Of a stretch of DNA of 64,000 nucleotides, positions 14,985-27,820 are shown piece by piece; the first letter of the stretch is position 1; each line of letters begins with the position of its first letter. The DNA is from Tubiluchus corallicola (Eukaryota; Animalia; Priapulida): NCBI GenBank assembly GCA_030141605.1, contig JAQGDQ010000091.1, positions 372,001-436,000 on the forward strand. Direction: 5' to 3'. The notes under the pieces are model-generated. The model had not been told where the DNA came from and made no database searches. It saw only the letters and a list, made by a program, of their open reading frames with translations. Position numbers and translations under genes: made by a program.

Positions 14985-15880
14985 CGAAAACCTTTCAAGC
15001 TAGGGCCACAAAACTCACAAAGGGGTAGCACTGGGCCGCGGAAGGACACAGTGTGTTGACCTCTGACCGCTGATCAAGGGGGAATGGCAGTGAGCGTCGG
15101 TCAGTTTTTCCTTTAGATCGCAACTCCTCCTAGGGCATTCGGTTTTTTCCAAATTTTTTTTTACTAGTATTTGGGTACTGTGAGGTAGATGTGCACCTGG
15201 AGTTTCAAAAAGCTAACAAGCTTTAAACGCCCGCCGGAGGGGCCAAAATGCAAAATTTGGGGTCCCTGCATTTAGTGACCTTTTGCGGCCTGGAACACAA
15301 AACTCACAGGGTACACTGTTTGGGCAAAGGGAACTATGTATACATGTGACCCGAGTTGCCGGGTCAAAGGTCACTGTCACAATGAGCGGATATTCATTCA
15401 TTTTCTTAGGATCCATCTGCTCCTACAGTTTTTGAGCTAGGGCCACAATATTTGACATGTTGCTAGGTGGGGTAACGCCGTTGTGTATCACAAAATATGG
15501 GACGCGCGCGTATAGGAAAAAATTCTCGCTATGGGCAAAAACCGAAAAATGGAGGTCAGGAACAGAAATGCACCGAGTGTTAAGCAATGGTACCTTGTAG
15601 CACATCAAATGAAAGGCTTTGAAGAGGTGAATCGAATGGCATACCTTTCTGAGAATAGTTAACCTGCAATCCCGCTAGCGGTACGATGCTACGATTGGCT
15701 GACCTCTGACTCATGTGTTATGGGCTAAAAAGTTGCAATTACGATTTCGTTGTGAAGCGCAGTTTCTATGTAATGCATGTAAACTATAATTTTCAAAAAA
15801 GGCTAGGATCTTTACAAGGTCCAATTCTGTAACTATTATTTGCAAAATCTTCAGTTTCTGACCACGTCAGAAACGTTGCC
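14985..15880. repeat. Unclassified GC-richer interspersed repeat
   Basis: Internal duplications (AGCTAGGGCCACAA twice, ACAAAACTCACA twice, TGACCTCTGAC twice) and GGTCAAAGGTCA motifs; no coding signal. Confidence 0.45.
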
Positions 15881-15924
15881 AACTAGTTGGTCATTACAAA
15901 TCATAGTTCATAGCTTATGGTGAT

Positions 15925-15994
15925 GGCGATTTTTGCTGCTGTGGCTGTTGCTATTGTCGTTTTGTCGCCGTAGTAGTGGCTGCTTCTATCACAG

Positions 15995-16026
<32 letters not shown>

Positions 16027-16300
16027 GCAGTTGCAGTTGCAGTTGCCGTTACCACTGCTGCTGTTGCTGTTGTTGTTGCCGTTGTTGTTCTTGTTGCTGT
16101 TGTTGCTCATGATGCTGCTTTTGTCGTGGTCATCGTCGTTGTTGTCGTCACTGTTGCTATTGTTGCTGCTGCTGCTATTGTTGTTGCGACTGGCACTGGT
16201 GCCATGTTGACATTGTTGCTGTTGCTGTCCTTGTTATTGTCACCGTCGCTGTCATTCTCGTTTCTATTGCTTCTTGCTGTCGTTGTAGTTGTAACCATTG
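15925..16300. repeat. Degenerate (GTT/GCT/GTC)n trinucleotide tract
   Basis: Seen directly; source of poly-V/L/N false ORFs. Confidence 0.9.
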
Positions 16301-16749
16301 TCAGGGGAGAAACTGCCAGCAGTCTTGGTGAAAATGGCAAATCTTTAGAAGTTCCCGTCGACTTGTGTGGTATGTAGAAAGACCTACGTTGGTGTTTTTG
16401 TATAAATAAATAATCAGCGGTTCAGCTAAATTTGATATGACATGTGATGTTCTTTTATGTTTTTTCACTGTGTGTTCTCCATGAAATGAGAGCTATGAGG
16501 TTATAGGAGCTAGATTCCCAGGACTGCAAAGTTTTCTAAGGATACTATCTGCCTACAAAACCATCTAAAAAGGAAAAGGAAGCATTGTTGAAGCGCCCCT
16601 ATATGGATAAAATGAGAGTATAGGCAAATAAGGCATGGAAAGAGAGGACAGAAACAGAAGTCCAATCAAGTAATTGATTTTTGATGAGCAGGGATTCGTG
16701 CACTTATTGGTGGTACATTGATACGTTGATAAATGATGTTCCCATTGTA

Positions 16750-17072
<323 letters not shown>

Positions 17073-17696
17073 TACAGTATTATTATACTGGCACTGGGAG
17101 TCTTATTACTGCTGCTGCTACAAAGGTAAAAACTTATAACTGAACTTGGCTATTGGAAAAAGGCAAATTCAGAATCAAATATTTCTTTTTCAGCTGTCTT
17201 CCCCATGTTGGAACCCCACCGTTAACGATGCACGTGATATCCTTGTGATCCAGTCCCGAAGCTGCTCTTACTGTTGTAATAAAAAAGCTGGTCATTTTTC
17301 TTTGAGACCAGCGGAAGGGATAATTGGTGAGAATTTATGAGTGAAAAGAAACATTAACAGCCTTGAGTTGTTTTATGATCTGACTTTCATGTAGTAGATG
17401 GTATACTACTGGTTGATGGAAAAAGGAAATAAACTCGCAACTTTCGAAACCAAGTTCTATAAGCATATCCCATGTGCATGCACTTGTTGTAACGATATGA
17501 ATGAATTGTTGAGCTCCCTTTCGTTAAGCATTTATTATCAATGACTCAAGATTTCAGTTTTGCTACCGTATGCAGTGCCGCCATTTTCTTTTTTATTTTC
17601 ATTTCATTAAAAATTTACCTAACGGAATCAGCAGATTAACAACTTGCAATGAAAATGACAATGGCAACAGCAACAATAACAACTTATAATAATATA

Positions 17697-17926
17697 TTAT
17701 ATTGTATTGTATTGTATTGTATTGTATTGTATTGTATTGTATTGTATTGTATTGTATTGTATTGTAATGTATTGTATTGTATTGTATTGTATTGTATTGT
17801 ATTGTATTGTATTGTATTGCATTGCATTGCATTGCATTACATTACATTACATTACATTACATTACATTACATTACATTATATTATATTATATTATATTAT
17901 ATTATATTATATTATATTATATTACA
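17697..17926. repeat. Compound pentanucleotide array ATTGT-ATTGC-ATTAC-ATTAT
   Basis: Seen directly. Confidence 0.95.
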
Positions 17927-20179
17927 TTTTATCATCATCGTCATCATCATCATTATTAATACTGTTATTATTATTTATAAGTAATTATAGCAAAATGCTT
18001 ACTAAACAATTATTTTAATAACGTTAAATAAAATTTTGTTTGTAGTACATTCACTGGCTCTTTTTTCAAACTAAGATTAGCTGATTTGCATTGTCATTTT
18101 TATTTGTATAATTGGCAAGGCTGGTTTTAATATTAACTGTTGGTTTGGTAGGCAAGTTATTAATAATTTAATAAACTGTCATGCGCAACATAATCTCAAG
18201 CAAGCAATCTGGCGTTAAGTTGTGAAACTTCACAACTCCACAACTTCACATTATATCAAGTTATTTTTAATCAGCAAAAATCTGGCTTACGTTTTAACAA
18301 TGAGATTTAAATTACATTATGTTGCTCAAGCAAGGCCACATTTCATTCTATTAATTTATGAGCTTAGTAAACTCGTCGAAATTGCTTGTGCGATAAGAAA
18401 TGACTGAATTGTTGCTATAAGTTATTTCTAAACTGCCATTGTATGGAAATAGGTTGATCTCTTTACACATTGAAACACACGTGTCAAAATTTCATAATTC
18501 ATAATAAAAATTATGCCTTTCCCATTCTGTTACAATTTTTGCGTCTAGTAATCAGGTTTTTCTAGTGAGTGTACTCTGTGTTCTCAGACACGCAAATGAC
18601 GAAAAAAATCAATTTTAAAGGCTGCTTTTACCTAATTGACGTTGAAAAACACACGCGTTGCGTAATTCTGTGGGTCTCCCTGAAAAAAAAAACAACGCCT
18701 ACACTACGTTCTCCCTAGAGTTAGTTTGAAGATTTGGTAGTTGCTTCGTAACCCGACTTTCTTCTTTTTTGCGTCCAAACCTTATATTTTTGCAGAAAAT
18801 GGCTAAAATAATGATATTTTTGAAATTCTTTCTCGGGTTGTCCAGATTCGAGAAAACTAAAAAGAAGCAGACATACACACCCTTGCGCGTACATTGCGCG
18901 TGCGCGTTCATTGCTTTGAGTACACGTGAACTATTAACTTATTACTACTGATTTTCTGATAACTTCTTATCATTAACTTGATGTGCTACTCTGATACTTA
19001 TTACTAATACACTTATGTGTTACTCTGATTTTATGTTACTATTAACTTTATGCGCTACTCTGACACAGGCGAAATTGTTGCGTTCTGGCGCCATCGAGTG
19101 GTGCCTCAGAGAACTACAACCAATATGTAAAATTTGCAAATTTTCACATTAACTTGCGATTTGTTTTTGGAAAGTTAATCTAGTCAACAAGAGAAGGCAA
19201 ATAAACAAAAGAGTTGTTCTGTAGTTGTCATCACAGTTTTATTAATAAACAATTAAACTATAAATTAACAGGAAAGGCGACATATCGTACTACATAGCAA
19301 CTTAAATAATGCTTTTCAGACTCTATTTTGCAACACTAATAAGACAAACAGGATTAAAACACGAAGTGTAGACAATAACGCTTTACTATTAGTATGTACA
19401 ATACTGTACAATCGTTATACAATGTATTATTTATACATCACCATGACTAAAGTTTCCAATCAGCAGACACTAGCAGAAGTACTAAGAGTTTTCCGCCCAC
19501 AAATGTTAAAGAACATGAACTGTCACCGATTTATATACTGCTAATTAGCTTACACCTACATCGTTAGCATTGATTATCATTAAATTTGATTTTTTGCAAA
19601 TTGTACACTCTAATACGTGTACTTAATTTATACTTCAGTTACACTTATAATTTACAGTGATAAGGCAGTTATACTTCAACGGTCTCGCATATCATCTGCC
19701 TTTTATGAAACAATAGTAACTTAGAGAGATTAAACCGCCGATCAAAATTGTTTAAAATCAAACCTCAAGTAAGCTTGCTAAAGAAGTCTTGAGCAATTCT
19801 TTACCGATATGGTTATTGTTACTACTAGAGTATACCGACGAGCATCACATGCGCACTGTTTGAAAGAAAGACAATAAGAGCTTAGAGCAAAACCCAACTA
19901 CATATTTTAATAATTTGTATGTCTAGCGAATTCATAACCCACCTTAATTTATTCGCCAAAATTATTCGAGAATTGTTTCGACTAAACACTTCGCGCAGGT
20001 GTTATAAAAATTACAGGAAGGTATTATTACATTACTGCACCAGAAAAGTAAAGCTTATCTTTAAGAAAAGAAAAACGATCAGCTTGTATCTTTCAGCGTT
20101 TGAGATTCGCAATACTTGTAATCGCTACCTATAGCGAATTTACATTATTTACAGTATAGACGATACCCCTACCAATGTT

Positions 20180-20984
20180 CTATTGTCCTCGTGGATTTCC
20201 TACCCAAGGATACACGTCAGGGCAGTCGAAACATGTTTGGAAGAATCTGTCTCCAGGATTTTCTTCATCGTTTGGCTGGTAAGTGATGTTGAAATAACCA
20301 CACAGGCTGGGATGGTCACAAAGTGGAGCCCTATTTGAGTAATCACAATCAACTATGCCTGACCGTTGAAGACCTGATACACCGACGGGGTTCTTCATCC
20401 ATTCGACAACTTGGCTATATGTGACGAAGTAAATGTCTGGCCTTCCTTCAAGTTCCGTCAAGAACTCTTGAAGAGCTTCTAGATTGTGGTAGCCATTATT
20501 ATAGAACCAACGGGCGCGTAGGTTCAAGGTATATGGAGCTTTATTTGTTAGGTAGTGCCTGTCGAAATTTGTCCTCAATAACTCAAGAGCTTCTGCTTTG
20601 TCAAGAGGGAAGTAACAACTGTCAACATTTGCGCAGAGCGTGTCATTAGTATCGTATAAGTCCACTAAAGGTACTTCCCACACACCTTCATGAGGCATGA
20701 CTGGGCAGGGTGAAATTGCACATCCGTGGGTACTTCTCTTGTCCCAGGTGAAGGGAAAAAGTGGAGGATCAATTTTATCGGTGGGGTAAGAGGATCCCCA
20801 TTCGAAGCCATTAGCTGCCATGAAGTCAATCATATCATCACCATTGGTCTGCAGATAAGCAGCTCTTATTCCGCGGATCTCATTCATGGGTATTCCAGCA
20901 AACGTGTTGAACATCATTCTCTGATCTGCATACTCGGCCACATAATCTGCCTCATCTCTCCAAAACTCAGCTGGTAAAGTTTTG
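20180..20984 (-). CDS. Chitin deacetylase-like gene, exon 5 (rest of CE4 domain, stop)
   Basis: Acceptor cttttag|C; IRGIRAAYLQ, PPLFPFTWD, GVWEVP, NFDRHYLTNKAP, DIYFVTYSQVVEWMKNP and C-terminal CPDVYPW match CDA family motifs; TAG at 20180. Spliced CDS is 1524 nt, 507 aa. Confidence 0.95.
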
Positions 20985-21565
20985 CTAAAAGGAAGATAAG
21001 AAATAAAGCTGTAATTAGGCTATTTTTAAATATTTTGTAGCGCCCAAGAAACTTGAATAAACGTTCAACATTTGTTGACAGGCACAATTGCATCAGTCGA
21101 AACTGTAACTGTCATGATCACTCAACTAATTGGATCGACTTTTTGTCTAATTGCTTGGCTAGGAAAAATCTTAAAAACTTAAATTTCGTCATTTTTGCAA
21201 CGAATTTTCATTGATTGCCAAAAAATACTAGCCTGGAAACATGCCATTTTCCAGTCCATATTGCATATAAGTCGTTTGCATTATACCAACGATTTAGGCC
21301 AGAAATTGATTTAAAGTTTTGAACGAAAGAACGCGCACTTGCACACTTTGAGAACCTTATAAAATACATTTAAAAACAAAACACTCCAAGTCTATTACTG
21401 TAACAGGTTTTTTCTTCAAATAATAAAGATAGTTATAAACAAGTTAATTGTCAAACTGGGTTGTCTGTTATGAAGAACAAAATTATTTGCAAAAAAATCA
21501 TTTTGAAGCAAATTTACTTTTGTAGATTTAGGTTTTCAGTATCTTTAAAAAAATTCATTGCTTAC

Positions 21566-21962
21566 CTAATAGAGTGTGCAGCGAATTCATTTCCTTCCTT
21601 GTACAGACTCTGTACAGCAGCATAATCGGTAAACTGATGACTAGTGAAGAATGTAGCGACATAAGGACAACCATTGGGATTGGTCCTCGGTTCTCGTCTC
21701 CTATTGGCAGTAACCTTCTTCAAAATTTGCTGTATAAGATGGTTGTAGTCCTCAATACGAACTGCCTCGTCCCAGCCGATGAGGACAAACTGTGGCATGT
21801 CTTCGATACGCAAGTTGCCGGGGATGATGTTGGGGTCTGAACAGCGACAATCTGGCGGGCGGCAGTTCTGCTCATTGCATTCCTCCGCACACCCTGCTTC
21901 GTCAGAGCCGTCCTCACAGTTGATGATTCCATCGCACCGAGCATTCATGTCAAAACACGATG
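21566..21962 (-). CDS. Chitin deacetylase-like gene, exon 4 (partial LDLa, start of NodB/CE4 domain)
   Basis: Acceptor ttctgtag|CA; CDGIINCEDGSDEAGC is an LDLa signature; CRPPDCRCS..IPG..PQFVLIGWDE..NPNGCP..ATFFTSHQFTDY..GNEFAAHS matches arthropod-type chitin deacetylases; donor AG|GTAAG (phase 2). Confidence 0.93.
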
Positions 21963-22254
21963 CTACAGAAAAGGTATTATTTTCGAAATTAGTAGACGCC
22001 AATCGCCAAAATTATAGGAAACATTCCAGAAAGAAGGAAAGAAGGAAATTGTAGAAAAAATTAAAGGATAATTTTTTCGATCACTTCTTCAGTTTCAGCT
22101 GGTTAAAGAAAAATCACGGCGAATGTACACAGCTATTTCCTAAACCAGTTTTTTGGGCTTATTAATCTAGATTGCCAACATTAAATACAATCATGTTAAG
22201 CTCACAATCAAATGAGTTTTTAACCAAATTTGAGAAACTGGAAATGTGAAAAGT

Positions 22255-22325
22255 TGGAACACGCCCTGGATTTGAACCGGAGACTTTCTGCTTGGAGGCA
22301 AGCTTCATAAACCGCTAGGAAACCC
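22255..22325 (-). mobile_element. tRNA-derived SINE head or tRNA pseudogene in CDA-like intron 3
   Basis: Minus strand has an A-box-like CTAGCGGTT, an anticodon-like arm and a B box GGTTCAAATCC; acceptor stem is poor. Confidence 0.6.
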
Positions 22326-22536
22326 TTAATACTGATCTTAATATTAAGATTATAAATAATTACATATGACGTTGTATGCCAGAAAAGGCTATATATATTG
22401 TACACGATTAAGTTGGGTTTTAGGGATTAAGTAAACAAATGGGACTACCGTTTCCTTTGGGTAGGTGTACAGATGATGTCGTGAAAGAGTTAAGTTAATG
22501 TGTTAGAAAACTTGCGAATTGCAAATAAACACCTAC

Positions 22537-22670
22537 CTGGGTCAACAAGAAATGCAGGTGGATCTGTAGGGGGTGGAGGAGGTACAAAACCACATTCATC
22601 GTTGACAGCCAAGTGAGGTGCCTCACATCTTTCTATGCTCGGTGTCCAAATAGTGTCACCCGGACAAAAT
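22537..22670 (-). CDS. Chitin deacetylase-like gene, exon 3 (second half of CBM14, Pro-rich linker)
   Basis: Acceptor attatag|A; reads FCPGDTIWTPSIERCEAPHLAVNDECGFVPPPPPTDPPAFLVDP, completing the 6-Cys CBM14; donor G|GTAGGT (phase 1). Not in the ORF track. Confidence 0.88.
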
Positions 22671-23017
22671 CTATAATGCGTATGTGCAAATGTATAAAAT
22701 GATAAAAAATTATTTCATTTCTCTCCACTGCGACGGGCAGAATAACAATGCCACCCAGTGCAGGTGCTGCTATTTTTATAACCGTGCGCTAGTAAGTAAT
22801 AACACTACATGATATTAATATTCTACCTATGTCCTTTATTACCATAAAATAGGAATTGCTTTCAAGATGAGCGTCGCCAAAATTATCCTGAAGTATAATT
22901 GCTCGCTAATTAGATAGAAAAATAATAGATCTACAGCAGACCTTTTATCTGATTATCCGAAGAACTGGTTTACTTGAAAACAAAGCGGTTTCTGAAATTA
23001 TATAAAGTTTCACGTAC

Positions 23018-23165
23018 GTAATCTTTGGCCAGCCATGATCGCAAATGTAAAATACTTGGCAGTTTATTGGATCCGTGGAGAAATTAAGCGCTCCAATGTT
23101 GGGATTACAATCATCCTCCGCACTGAGTGGTACACCCAACCGTTTCTCCAAAGAGGAGGCTGCCA
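23018..23165 (-). CDS. Chitin deacetylase-like gene, exon 2 (end of signal peptide, first half of CBM14 chitin-binding domain)
   Basis: Acceptor tttgtaatag|TG; reads VAASSLEKRLGVPLSAEDDCNPNIGALNFSTDPINCQVFYICDHGWPKI; DPxNCxxFYIC is the peritrophin-A/CBM14 pattern; donor AC|GTACGT (phase 2). Confidence 0.88.
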
Positions 23166-24739
23166 CTATTACAAACAAAGTATGTTTATTACAGTATTTA
23201 TAACATTGCAAAGTTGTAAACAAAGCATTTGTATGATTGTAAATAAATCTGTTTTTGACTACGGACAATGTATTGCTCATAAGGCTCTATTGCATCGTGT
23301 TGGCCTTACTCTTTCTCTCCACTGGATAACTACTAGAAATGTGATAAATATTGCATACTGCACTGTATACTGTATGTATACGTATAATGTATTCGATTTT
23401 TCTAATAATAATTGTAAGTAAAAACTTTGATGTCAGCGTACTAGAACTGTTCAACAAAGGTACCATGAGATCTTTTTTTAATAAATAAGTTTACAGAAAA
23501 TTAGCACTATATCGGAGTGCTTGAAATACTGCTGTAATTTATGCCAAAGAATGAGAAGCAAGTAACTGTAACAAGTAATTGTGACACTGTGCAAACTAAT
23601 TACATGTATTAATTTAATTAAGCATCATAATGTACATGTTACAAGCAATGTGCAAAACTTAAAAATTGTATAAAATACCTGGGCATTTCATATAAAGCCA
23701 ATATATTTCGGGAGAAGTTTGCTGTAATATACTTTATCTAGACCTTTTGTATGATAGCTAGGAACTATACAGAATACGAAAAGTGGCTTGGAAAAGTATA
23801 AAATCAACATATTTTGTGTTAAATCCACTTTTCCTAGATTTTTTGTACAATACCTAGGCATTGTATAGAATGCGTAACAGCTTAGTCAATATATATTATG
23901 TTACGCAAGTACAATTAGATTTTACTATGTGATTGTACAACACGTGTAGCACAAAGTACGTCATGGAGTTTTTCTATCAGTATTTCCTTCTTGCACAGGT
24001 ACAATATGATTGCTTTTCTGTTGGAATGGCCATAACATGATGCACTCTAGGTAATAATGAGGAGGCTGCTTTTTCACACTGACGTTACGTCATTTACATG
24101 ATTAATTAATTGCTGGTCATTTTCGTCACTTAGAAAAATAGTTTTTTATTTGTCTACCCTTTTCTAATTTAGTGAAAAAACGCTTTTTCATTTTAAGCAT
24201 GGATTAGTTATGTGGTTCTGCATCCATTCTGTATGAAACACAACTAGAATGGAAGTACGAATGTCATTTAACCTTTTTTCAGTTAGCGGTATCAAAATGA
24301 AAATCACGAGAAGTGTTTACTGCTGTCACAGAAATCCATTTTTTCGTAAAAAAATCAGAATGCGCATCGTTAGGGCAGATCAATGTGTACACCAGAATAA
24401 AAGAAACCCCAACTATGTAATACTGCGTAGGGCAGATCATTTTATGGGGCCGCATTGATTAAATGAAAAATTAGGCTTCGTTACATCTGTGCAATGAGTA
24501 TCTTCTGTAGTATCTTTATACAAAATTTCAGTTTCCTACAATGAAAACTGTGCCCTGTGATAGCTTTCACTTATAAATGTGACAACATCACCAGCAACAA
24601 CATGACCGAGCTTTAAGTATTCCGCACTTTTTTACCGGATCCAAAAACACAACATTTCTGTAACAGACAGCTGTGAATGAAACAATCATGCAAAATGAAA
24701 GTTTGCAAATTGAAATGCTGCTTACCTATTGTCGTAAAC

Positions 24740-25070
24740 GATCTTGCAAGTACATAAAACATGACTTAGGCTATATCACAGATTGCTTAGAACAAAATTG
24801 GCATTATATAAATGCCTAAGAAAATTTCATCAAAACAACTGACCATTGTTTTACTTTCACATTACCCAAAATTTATTTAACATTCTATAAAATGTCTAGG
24901 AACAGTATTTCGTAGCAACAGAATTACATGTTTTGCTTAATAAAACATTTGCATTGTTATATATATATATGTAATGCCTAGGAAAAGTGTAGAAGAAATT
25001 ATTTTAGACACTTTACCTGGTTTGATTTGGCACCAGGCATTTTATAGAATACCCTGTTTCACACATTTCT
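24740..25070. repeat. Dispersed repeat (CCTAGG-module family), copy A
   Basis: About 60 nt from 24973 are closely reverse-complementary to 45659-45720, and weaker similarity continues for about 250 nt. Confidence 0.75.
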
Positions 25071-25910
25071 TATAATATACACGCTGTTAAAAAGCCCAAC
25101 ATTTAAACTACAAAATTAGTTTATTGAAGCACTGAAGTTTAATGACTTTGTATCTCATTTGAAACCTTAAAAAATATTTCAAATTGCCATAAATTATGTA
25201 ATTACTAACATTACACGAAAGGCTAATAGTCACATTTAATTTTCGGGTTTTAGAGGTTTGAAGTAAACAAAATAGTATTTCTGTTACCAAGAGCTGAGAT
25301 CATAAAATCACGCATCGATCTGAATGTTGGGGTGAAGCGATTTTTTAATGTTCCTAAATAGACAGAGGAAGAATTTAACACGGAACGTCATTGCTAAAAT
25401 ATATGATAGCTATTTTTTTAAAGTCATTTTTGATAAATTGACAATGTTCTAAAATTTTGTTAAATTGTAAGTTTTATTTGCATAGGTAAACGTATAAAAC
25501 GTTTAATGCATTATTCCAAAACCCGAAATGTAACGTTTAATACCGCTTTAAGTTATGAGTGTTATTACAGGTTTGCAATCACCTTTCTCTTATTAATTCA
25601 CTTTTGATTAGTTTTTTGGGTCATATTCAAAATGAAACGCTACATTCTTAAATATTAATAAATAAATTTAGCAAATCTTACATAATCAACTAATAATCAA
25701 TTAAATTAAAAATCTGCACATGTATCTGAGTAATGAATGATGATGATGATGATGCTAACTGATGAAGATGATGGTGGTTATAATGAATGAGTGAAGTAAT
25801 TAACCATCGTGCCATCTATCCACTAAAAGTCTCTATCTTTTTACCTTTAATTCAGATGTACTAAGTGTTTAATGTTTAATCCGTACTGCAATTCTCATAT
25901 ATGTACTCAC

Positions 25911-25950
25911 CATAGACAGCGACACACAATAAACCTATGAGCACCTTCAT
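25911..25950 (-). CDS. Chitin deacetylase-like gene, coding exon 1 of 5 (signal peptide MKVLIGLLCVAVY)
   Basis: ATG at 25950, hydrophobic signal peptide, donor G|GTGAGT (phase 1) that joins exon 2 in frame; TATA and Inr motifs lie just upstream. Confidence 0.8.
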
Positions 25951-25970
25951 TTTTCTCCTACTTGAAAGCA

Positions 25971-26006
25971 GACTGACATTACAACGCTTAATTTTACCTT
26001 TATATA
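25971..26006 (-). promoter_or_regulatory. TATA box plus initiator of the CDA-like gene
   Basis: Minus-strand TATATAAA (26006-25999) begins 32 nt upstream of the A of a TCAGTC Inr (25976-25971), which is 24 nt before the ATG: canonical spacing. Confidence 0.7.
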
Positions 26007-27639
26007 GGTAACCAGGCTATCAACGATCTATATCCACTTTCCTTTTCATTCTTCTTGTTACCTTGGAGAGCCCGGAGAGACCGATGCGCGCGCAACTGTT
26101 TGCTGCTTCTCTTTTTGCAATCATGCTCAATTACAATTATTTTTACATGTGAATGAACTTCGGCGACGCGCCGTTGATGTTGACGATGTTAAGGAAGTAA
26201 AAGAGGTCAGTGAAAGTAAATCACCTCCCAGCCCCTCAAACAGAATCGATATTTTTTCATCGCTGTTACAGAAATGGTCGATTGTATTGTTGCGATACTT
26301 TTTCTTTCTTATTTTTCTAACCGTTTACAAATTTCTGCCTCACACATTCTTGCCTGGCGCTTGAAACCTCTTTAAAAAATATAGGCCTATAGGTCAGACA
26401 GAATCTCTGGCCAAATCAAGCCAGGAAAAATACTTAGGCGCGTAGGTAGTACACTATTATTATGAACAAAGGGGTTTAAAACCGAACTAAACTGCAATAG
26501 TATTCAAATGTTTTGACGTTTGACACACTTTTTACATTAGTCCAAGTGGAGCTATAACTCTCATCATGGGGGAAAATGTTGAGAAAGTCCACCTCCGAAA
26601 CATTGATAATCGTTCACTTCGTGCTCTAGTCATAATTTCAAACAATACCAGCGCCCTTGATCGGGTGTGAAATATATTAACCGTACTGAGGAGATTGTAT
26701 CTGTATAAGAATTCAAAACGCGTTTAAATTTTAATGCCAGAACAACGTGACGTTAACCAATTTTTAATGATTATCTTGACTTAGGCCTACTTAGGGCACA
26801 GACAAAATCACATAATATATTTATATATATATTGGAGTGCATAAATACACAAATAAATTCCAAAGCTATCATCTTAATTTAGTCCATGCACTGTTTGATG
26901 AAGTCGGAGAAAACTGATCCGCACAACCTTTATTGTTCTTTTGGAATTTAAATTTTTTACCCTCAGACTAAACGCAATCGGCTACTTCAGATTACAGTTC
27001 AAGAGTTTTAAACTATCTTTAGATAATCATCACAACAATGTTAAATGCAGTGCACTTTTGTTATAATTAGTTTGCCCTTTTAATAAACCCAATTTTGCGT
27101 AGTTTTCATGACACGGCCGCTTAAAGTTAAATTGTCCGTTTGGTTATTCGATTCGTGTAAGCGAAATGTACGTACGCGAAATTATTTCGAAAAAGAATCA
27201 CTGAAATACTTACTGTGGTTATTAACACAGTTTGACGCCCGATAATTGGGGATCCAGAGCACAACGGCAGGACTTAGTTAACTTAAAGGGCTGTGATTTA
27301 ATTATAGAATCAAGTATAAGCTCAAATGTTAGACAGGCGAAATTGTCCCACTGCTGGTCTGCTTCCCTCCCTTGACCACAATAAATTAGCCCTTGCTCAC
27401 TAACCTTTAGCCATTGAAGTCTCACTATTGGTCCTCAAAGTTCACTGATACCTTAATTCTGATATTTCGTGTTGTTTTCTCACATTTTTGTAAAATGTGG
27501 TATTTTAATCCGCAAACATTATTACAGTGCTTTCATAATATGCCAAATTATCATCATTATCATCAACATCGATCACACTAATTAATAACAGTTTCATCAT
27601 TACTGACAACTACTTTTGTCATTTTTATCAATGGTAGCT

Positions 27640-27820
27640 GCTGCCGCTACCACACCACTAGCAGCAGCAGCAGCAGCAGCAGCAGCTTTGTTATCATCAG
27701 TATCATCATCATCTTCTTCATCATCGTCATCGTCGTCATCGTCGTCGTGGTCGTCGTCGTCGTCATTATCATCATCATTATCATCATCATCTTTGCCATC
27801 GTCATCTTTGTTGTCTTCTT
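27640..27820. repeat. Degenerate (GCA)n-(TCA/TCG)n tract
   Basis: Seen directly. Confidence 0.85.

Noticed and set aside
20726-22054. Plus-strand ORFs over the CDA-like exons
   Set aside because: Antisense shadows of real coding exons.
22255-22325. Functional tRNA gene
   Set aside because: Acceptor and anticodon arms do not pair canonically; treated as a SINE head. A more decayed tRNA-like stretch lies near 42855-42910.
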